From a virus, in the IMG/VR virus record IMGVR_UViG_3300031857_000034, positions 32,001 through 96,000 of that record: 64,000 nt of DNA; one strand, given 5' to 3'. The notes under the pieces were generated by a model, which saw nothing but the letters and a program-made list of their open reading frames with translations, made no database searches and was not told the origin of the DNA. The position numbers and the translations under genes are program-made. Positions 62,501-64,000 of this stretch are shown here, one piece after another; the stretch's first letter is position 1, and each line of letters begins with the position of its first letter.

Positions 62501-62645
62501 TACACTGGCAGAAGCACCAGCCAATGGGGTAACAGTGGTAGTTGGTATTGACTCTAGCAAAAATTGGTACAATGCCACAGGAGATGGTATAAGACTGCAG
62601 CATCAACCCACAGTTGCAGGTCGATTCCTGCAAGGTGACGTATAA
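44544..62645 (+). CDS. Giant (6033 aa) baseplate wedge/virion structural protein (gp7-like position)
   Basis: MARTVDFLPEIFRT start and YIEEVKPYH motif; follows gp6; beta-propeller, GxGY and carbohydrate-binding-like modules. Confidence 0.75.
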   Translation: MARTVDFLPEIFRTPTNKQVLHATLDQLVQEPRYERAQGFIGQKFGPGVTTEDRYIVEPDKTRRDYQLEPATIFLEDGSRRVIDALTYPGYLDALKKINGPITRPDELFEQEYYAVDFFIDWDKSVNYNQYYWQFQGPETVRLTAPATLQSFNVEQQIVGKQTYTTDNVRLVSPATWNKTISFSNGMRIQFVGNITPAFYRNRDFYVEGVGTAGGIKLLPVDDFVIPEIYNYPATVQREPIPWDVYPWDTTLWDGARLVPGSDIDYVTINRASRDLNPWTRSNRWFHVDVLTYSAEINGTVAVIDDNFRGKRPILEFRPDIKLIRFGTQGLEPISLIDYSVTNAFTQVAGQPSFTIDGIELFAGMKVIFAADENPEVARQVYLVQQITPVPGGQSLLYLEAIEGQVAAEGSVTVCTLGESQQGYSFYYSNGEWSTIQQTQQKTHPNQAPLFDVFDQDGTSFSNATVYPDTNFVGSPLFSYAVGTGVADAVLKFPLQYSGVNNVGDILFFFNFYRDSFTYLNNLTVDLVGLRTGFVHQYTDRVNYDRLIGYQTASLTPNTTNVPLLSQQPQIFEFDYTEGSIKIDVAVLEQDQYPSITNIVRISVNDVLQDPGTYTYRILDGSNLEVYPNAQSGAGTGVQTEITFAVDPEPTSLVVVAALSAQTSSTGYFSVPTNLTVNALNQDVTECTLGTLRDHYIGICQNIQGFEGQVLAANNSRDLGNLVPYGIDLIQHSAALAIPAVFLREQDYSISSALYYSAVEYQRYKDLVLDYVWKNEFINETTAEILDSAIDALKSNRSSDNPFYWSDCITAGIFESTTYTWYEESSTSFDLIYTYNYSEANYQGLNVYVNDVILCRDRDYVVDTVTNTVTLVPSVLADEDIVVIREYQQTYGNFVPATPSSLRLFPAYFPEIYVDTTYTTPTTVIRGHDGSITPAFGDYRDQVLLEFETRIYSNIKGTADYPLDYNEFLPGAFRGVTADNINSQTILNNEFVRWLGSNRVDYKQQDFLVTNEKTWNYSQTGAKITYPQGLDAGDAIPMPGYWRQIYWLFYDTDEPQNFPWQMLGFSNKPLWWDAEYGPAPYTSGNLYMWEDIAAGRIREPGNDRIDTVYARPGLLDILPVDAQGNLLLPFTTIVADYNPATYQANWSIGGGSPAETAWRKSSAWPFAIQRLLFLLKPAQYLNYYIDRDQYKFNTEFDQWLYNGRQRLTSNDLQIYGEGTAVNSYVNFIIDYNKSYGLPGTANLEARINNLDIRLAYRVAGFTDKRYLQLLSDRTSPATYNRSLLIPDENYNILLYRNEVFDSINYSAVTIERTESGWAVYGNSIANPYFQILPSIINNNYTTLNIGNTTIRMQKDFSDTVVLIPYGYIFRSVNAVVDFLLSYGKFLNTSGFAYNTLENTVLLNWEQMAQEFVYWYNQGWAVGALIQLNPSSAKLEFYKQNAVVVNLLESKREDILVNQNKQALRLRDYSVYRDGNLFELTALNENTVGYVNLKLTNYEHIIIVDNVTDFDDIIYQPLTGLRQGRLIYQGIKSAEWDGTMDAPGFIINLPSVTEWDSGLKYAKGQVVKFKNFYYQANVTVDPADTFDYNLWNKIVYRPDQEGMLPNLALKAIQSTQFYDQHADNLDADSELLGFGLTGFRPREYMASIELDTVSQMNAYQDFIGTKGTPRSLYFYDQAVVNGDDLSYDVYENWAIQRATYGATATNAFVDFTLDATKLTGNPSTSQFVVLGESTEADQATLITDLYAVSQPVNTTQILPQLQQTYPDKFLPTAGYVDSRDVEIQLFSIDDLNSLSAELDKVTNLAEVWVAKINQSDWDVYKCQNLVNTLVLAQDNLDGQTLLIFSGNHGLTADQTIIIKEFNVDLQGAFRVNSVPSTSTVLIDSQLPDGVTTLVGEGVVFELSSVHVAQPSDIADLPILFDLTKTNKVWVDNNGSGRWQTLEKQTPYTDIKDYEYAGTELFGSAVCQTSDNANILIGAPGSYTTGVVIPYYLDGNVYTAESPVAVPSVWTNYSDFGRVGDAAGNIWAAFSVGLGTVPGFNTDFRVVIMQKTDRGFEPRQLLPGGSTGVDGKFSGDIKFSQDAYWLYVSNPVDKKVQAYQRNRFQEQATEFTCDGVQFIFPTDDKVLVDRGSQWSVTLNSTVQAYNQDYTANATRISFRVPPAAPVIQAVDSITSGSTVFTVTSINGLAAGQQVSGMGIAVGSKVVSIDTTNNAVTIDRAITLTGTNVDITFTNMIYVSRWGTDPDSAYWGFGANPLKPNGITRSFPIDMLAGATPDPESVGVYYNGELMRFNNSPAVDGDYIYDYVNRQIVFNFTPPATSSQAVTYLAQDYFTAVTDVVNHAGLSFGISCATDNDGSVLAVGDADANTSNIDIDADGVAYVYDRGTVSHMVSNVSTRLYSTPSPILGQPQVYLNGQLLYPDTGMTIGSYVYEPVSGTDYTGNTAVRFNEGVIDSVGDIVDISYNKLSTIQIVTNPQSNASGSEFGTAVSFNSSGSAILVGAPNGNTSVLGAGFAARIENQTAIYGSITGTTVNPVVTAGSSLRLDNYYVEFDAANITSVSLSNVCSITTSAPHGFYNGETVVINGLNGGVLNLNNKPYYVRVTGSTTFNIFDYGTISNVTASSKVVVTSNVAANIDLGLAIQVFNPVEISQVQGIANVNNTTANPYWLARKANGNSTTQMELFRGVGIFDILSATEGNVAQTLVLTSTNPNITRGTAVVLESNSAAINNTVVYAGNIGVYNHGSGSTYNSFVLYTDPALIFPVSPIGNTGPGGTVGIFIDGTGWGNYASGGQVLRYIDTTGLTPAYNASTSQGTAFDGSLDGVVNVINNQGISNLQAANAAGKLQLSVINANAAIPNELLSVLPGTETTYTSGAMYQLGLSPYYGAGAQIIGGSYPAYGSRFGFRIDQDWITNQTVISSEFGTAAAETTFDLDTTTFDGRTTRFDDLYAKSGSVDVYDLLVSANASKDNPSKLVWDQQLVDYLVRAGQNFGYAVSILGDNIIVGSPGYQVDNVMQGRTLVFSGRRTGWKNLRQQPNEVDIHLLNEVTIFNKQSKITLNYLDFIDPIQGRILGAAQQNIDLISATDPAGYNVGDINNFGVNWGESQYGYIWWDINSVRFLEYHLQDINQAAKIWGSTFPGSSIDIYQWIESDVPPADYTGPGTPRSLTSYSAYQIITDTNSVATKYYFWVSGLEGVPPYTNKTLSCAAIAQYIFNPRSSGISYLAPINPSTVAIYNSGNDFVAQENVLHISYDTVPQDNNIHVEYDLIQQDNPRQFMDDTTYAKFVDSLSGIDALGNTVPDPNLPPGMLYGINFNPRQSMFRDRFLALKNYITTANEILLTFPFVEDSNMELLDSKELAPEYGQTDANGQLWWNVQVANLTELGYQNLSLVPVGYRYLVDLDNRYNNFWTIHQVSLDSTGTPTTTVIRVQTYNTPAYWSYVNWYAEGFDPLQRPLFTVDYLSQAELIPLPDNGVVRVTRNNPIGFELYQNKVIDSYRDPVTLEWVTVTEFTRVGLENGTIQISNEIYDYSQLRDPELDPKLETRYIVDSINFEILTGSRLILRNQLMSLMFNFILGEQIDCNWLYKTSLIDITHPVRKLLPYRTFKRDNKDFVYGYIEEVKPYHVFIKDFSLVYATVADVYPGDITDFDVPATYNAADGIYISPILENDPDYVNYDKYGIYGVGPYAQFEGYITASGGSGVTVLTVTEMLKGSIYIGANLVGSIISPRTQVVSFIGYNSLGQSTYSITGQYETTTAVGTIEINPIWATLPYRNWYNNYGLYLVDIMVTNPGSGYTVPPAVTINGTTADSARATAILNGNGSISNILINYLGGRYLSQPTITIAAPDQDSGTQATAYPVTSSGPVRSFDTSLIYNRMNLRPSFTEWIPGFVYREGELTKFSGVVYRSRFDYNQNTQFDFNHWTTVPPGDLEGVDRTYGYYTGAPGQPGLILDQLITGLTYPGVITDRRYLGTWDTGPWSTDPFESDSGRLQTIINGGAYPLDSSTGIIPALNAWDVNVYGGAYVDTYSSHAPEELVPGAVFDTLDLTVYTIPGQDNTGAGFSSPLNGRIVAGDGVTDTYSFQLLIKFPEQVLVFKKSGTGEKLRLQESVDYVIDWQLQNIELTTAPTVNEQIMIIAVGLGGGNQILRSSEVYVDGVGANGNIDVPVQYTQVWSLPVFVNGQALTQGTDYTIAAYRPEEPLPDDNDIYPITRINFANAVAANSRVDYTVIGERYQSTNYSYSLPVVEYYTGSSSANVFAVTNSLTGTNPIAAIVELEGSRLRGPHCVEYTADGTQTTFAAGWQRDVAPNAIVSDDVIVYLDNEAVTTSIWTSGYQEITDTYDIVFGDAPAAGTRIVIAVWAAAEYFFDVGGSNLHIYSSALPAASSNIGLTTWQETAEQNFLNTVSLGQTIIPVTPELSISTNGRWAAGNNFITVGTDTAGIWNSQGLWFDYAAYGSGIDIGNLNPYPNGTSNSANTAIPSEMLSYGNVLIVLDGQYINVGDLVSGAGIPYGTAVEQVREFKNRDLQTNWAVAVDRALPGNGQIWTRQYSNITAPYLNNTLYGLSTGPNILALGDNNNILMSNNASQWTNIDPVALLPLRSVAYGNIGGTGYYIAVGLESNILRSSDGVNWTQEGFALPLNTYAFRAVAYGAGKFVIVGDSGVIFASADALNWTQETSGTVENLSSVSYDGAEFIAAGENAMMLASSDGSVWVRRFFGYVSATTVVNPGNSYVAPPTVQFQGPFNGTGITTLGFPAIEGGVGRIDIANTGVLYGRPPNVVISQSNITTFSGNVPSGATANAYLTLTGPVTYIGLVNGGTGYNTAPIIGFTDSIGGTGANAVATLNANGNITSITLLSGGTGYSTVFNDIQVTITPVGNDVPSISATAIAAVTGNLNLLQMTSYGVNYSSYDLTSAANNSPTVSFTPYTVAGYSNSLTTGNVYQSYIVLDSIAELQIGMNIEFTDNSNNQVYIGNVTTIYTGNSSIGVFPPLYYQVDPFTTFAARDNGRNAAAVFGEYYDAGVTGIIITERGSGYEFAPNVSVSYPPTAGGAVAEVTASIVDITTENLNDVNYIGNYWLAVGDQSTTIYSDDNITWFEGNVAPNAAVTLNTVFGSSIGNANVFLAGGLGGNLYLSNDVAQGWQQITSGTTANIAQGAYASGNYAYVAAGGVIAYSTSGANGSWQQAATSDGTTQDIWGVIASGNTVGDWCAVGSRSTILRTSNVATWQAYNQEWPLNDSEYGYQSSRDTYVLVGDNGTIYRSIGSSSDFVRVDATTDENIESVTFGLGKFVAVGSNGKSLVSTDANTWTVYDIGSTATFRDITYTGANSGPMAFIAVGDSGQAYKSADGQVWSRMLVPTSSNLRCVNVAVTGSTVKTVIGGENGALVVSVDSFGNSFVLISESGSESFIQSNANNRTFTTTTSTLLATDTQEISVLLNGNALTRGVDYAVTAINPNVTILMTSNVSVNSNVTIVTDMINWNSVAYGANKFVLVGQNGTVWNGYDNASTWTEMQPLTSANITSVAYDQTTSQFVSVGESAGSQQIGTQSYIATTFTAEYYPLSFVPDFTRIVPGMLVTGNYLRTNTLVTGTDYAQRQVYIDTTQYSSRSNITVTFTPTQIENVYPVQDPVTNGYRPWTTLNGNRLFFNEDYVAEGSAVRIVANGLPDTDVVQILDSSQNSVPDELDFKVWKDMNDNTAVYRMTELNVTETTVRVQFTDDIIYLEDASKLSLPQLSLNQIGVAFVGSERLAYRYIDYSNNTISGLIRGIGGTAAQDHEVGSTVVDAATPNIIPIAYRDRITAEQFTGDGNTRTFATATIMADIQQEVRLAVAGTEIAMRMASITADGVVNTFTATDSNVSGSDIGNIAVDRYDQVMVAINGALLPTPNANVFFGDNYTNVFIANNVSVSNVANVIVVINNQVVIPTGISLSNSHPNVVIDPPPNGNSWVHISDTYAVIDTDPVQVAFAQTPAANAIITIAADYYSVGVMPAVVTLAEAPANGVTVVVGIDSSKNWYNATGDGIRLQHQPTVAGRFLQGDV

Positions 62646-62664
62646 AATAGCGATAAATAACAGA

Positions 62665-62808
62665 ATGCAAAATCAAGAGCCACAAAACAAACAACAATCC
62701 CAGAAACCCACAAAACCTGTGGATGAAAATCTGGGTATTTTGGTACAAGATCATATCCGTATCTTTGATCCAAAAAATCAACAGATGCACTATCGGGGGA
62801 GAGGATAA
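62665..62808 (+). CDS. Small protein (47 aa)
   Basis: TAAATA 5 nt before ATG 62665; DHIRIFDP motif echoes FVKISDP of the next gene; stop overlaps the next ATG. Confidence 0.65.
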   Translation: MQNQEPQNKQQSQKPTKPVDENLGILVQDHIRIFDPKNQQMHYRGRG

Positions 62809-63413
62809 TGCTGTCTAGCGTTCCAGCGATGATACAAGGATTTGTCAAAATCTCGGATCCCAAAACAGGACAGGTATTTGTTGACAAAAAGAATGCCATA
62901 CACTACGAGAACATGAGTCGCAGTCTAGCAGAAAGCCTGGCCAATCGCAACACAGGATATATCTATGAAATGGCTTTTGGCAACGGTGGCAGCACAGTAG
63001 ATGCAACAGGCGTGATCACATACTTGCCGCCTAACACAGTGAATCAAAATGCTGATTTATACAATCAAACATATGCCAAAGTAGTAGACGATAATTCAGC
63101 AGCCAATCCTGATCCACTACGCAACTATCTCACAGTGGTACACATACCTGGTAGAGTCTACACAGATATCGTGGTAACTTGTTTGTTGGACTACGGTGAG
63201 CCCAGTGATCAGCAGGCTTTTGATAACAGCACAAATTTTAATGGAGAGTATGTGTTTGACGAAATAGGACTAAAAACCTGGCAAGGGCAAGATCTTCCCC
63301 TGCGCTTGGTAACACACGTGATTTTCCATCCCGTGCAAAAAAGTCTAAATCGACAGATACAGATAGAATACACAGTTAGGATACAGACGCTGACTAACTT
63401 GAGCGCGGCCTAA
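62808..63413 (+). CDS. Baseplate/virion structural protein
   Basis: KKNAIHYEN, MAFGNGG, VFDEIGL, THVIFHPVQKSLNR..QIEYTVR. Confidence 0.7.
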   Translation: MLSSVPAMIQGFVKISDPKTGQVFVDKKNAIHYENMSRSLAESLANRNTGYIYEMAFGNGGSTVDATGVITYLPPNTVNQNADLYNQTYAKVVDDNSAANPDPLRNYLTVVHIPGRVYTDIVVTCLLDYGEPSDQQAFDNSTNFNGEYVFDEIGLKTWQGQDLPLRLVTHVIFHPVQKSLNRQIQIEYTVRIQTLTNLSAA

Positions 63414-63438
63414 ATAAATATCAATAACGGAGCAAGAA

Positions 63439-64000
63439 ATGCCTTATTCAGTTACGCTAACCCGAGGTGCAATATTCGCTAACATAGCGGATGGAACCAT
63501 TAACCAAACGTCAACCATGACGCTGATTGGTCGCGACTTTGCCAACTATGGACAGTTCGTAGATCAGGATTTTATACGCTTACTGGAATCAGGTGCAGCC
63601 ACAGCCAACAATCGTCCCACCAACGCATTGACAGGACAACTTTGGTATGATCTAACCAACACACAGTTAAAAATCGCCACACAGGGCAACATACCCAACG
63701 GAGCAACATATACTGGAAATGCCATTACCTGGCAAGGAGTCATGCCAGCACGCTCGGCCAATGCGCCCAGCGCACCTGCCAAGGGTGATCAATGGATGTA
63801 TGTTGACAGCGCAAGCAACATTGCGCAGTTGATAGTGTACAGTGGAGACACTACAAAAACCACATTTGGAAATCCGGGCTGGCAAGCCATTGGCCCGCTT
63901 ACACGTCAAGACACAGTAAATGTGGCTGTGATCAATGCCAACGTAGGCAACTTCACAACCAACACCGGCGACGGCCGCATCGATGTCAACAATTTATATG
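63439..64000 (+). CDS. Baseplate-attached fibre/gp10-like protein, 5' part, runs off window end
   Basis: Manual translation MPYSVTLTRG...ADGTIN..STMTLIGRDFANYGQFVDQDFIRLLE...P.NALTGQLWYD; GGAG SD and TAAATA upstream. Confidence 0.75.
   Translation, partial: MPYSVTLTRGAIFANIADGTINQTSTMTLIGRDFANYGQFVDQDFIRLLESGAATANNRPTNALTGQLWYDLTNTQLKIATQGNIPNGATYTGNAITWQGVMPARSANAPSAPAKGDQWMYVDSASNIAQLIVYSGDTTKTTFGNPGWQAIGPLTRQDTVNVAVINANVGNFTTNTGDGRIDVNNLY

Noticed and set aside
1-64000. Stop-codon reassignment
   Set aside because: Conserved genes are full length in the standard code, and TAA, TAG and TGA all end genes.

Overview
The window is the virion-morphogenesis region of a large T4-like (Tevenvirinae-related) myophage. 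It holds the 5' end of the tail sheath gene, neck (gp13/gp14), tail terminator (gp15), two fibre/adhesin cassettes, head genes (gp23, gp22, gp21, portal gp20), a tape-measure-like protein with an M15 peptidase domain, gp26/gp51-like genes, a resolvase, gp46/gp47, late sigma gp55 and a baseplate block (gp53, gp5, gp25, gp6, a 6033-aa giant protein). I found no tRNA, CRISPR array, reverse transcriptase or integrase. The most interesting non-standard signals are: (1) a ~530-nt densely base-paired element lacking a credible gene (26388-26924), with an 8-bp loop-to-distal pairing and a late-promoter motif at its 5' end, a candidate undescribed large ncRNA or ssDNA origin; (2) a -1 slippery site T TTT TTC fusing the gp26-like and gp51-like ORFs next to the tape measure, like lambda G/GT; (3) three late genes whose TAAnTA promoter lies in the loop of a hairpin covering the RBS or start codon; (4) many apparently leaderless genes; (5) a nearly cysteine-free SUEL-type lectin in a fibre operon. 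All calls come from motif recognition by eye; no database searches were run.
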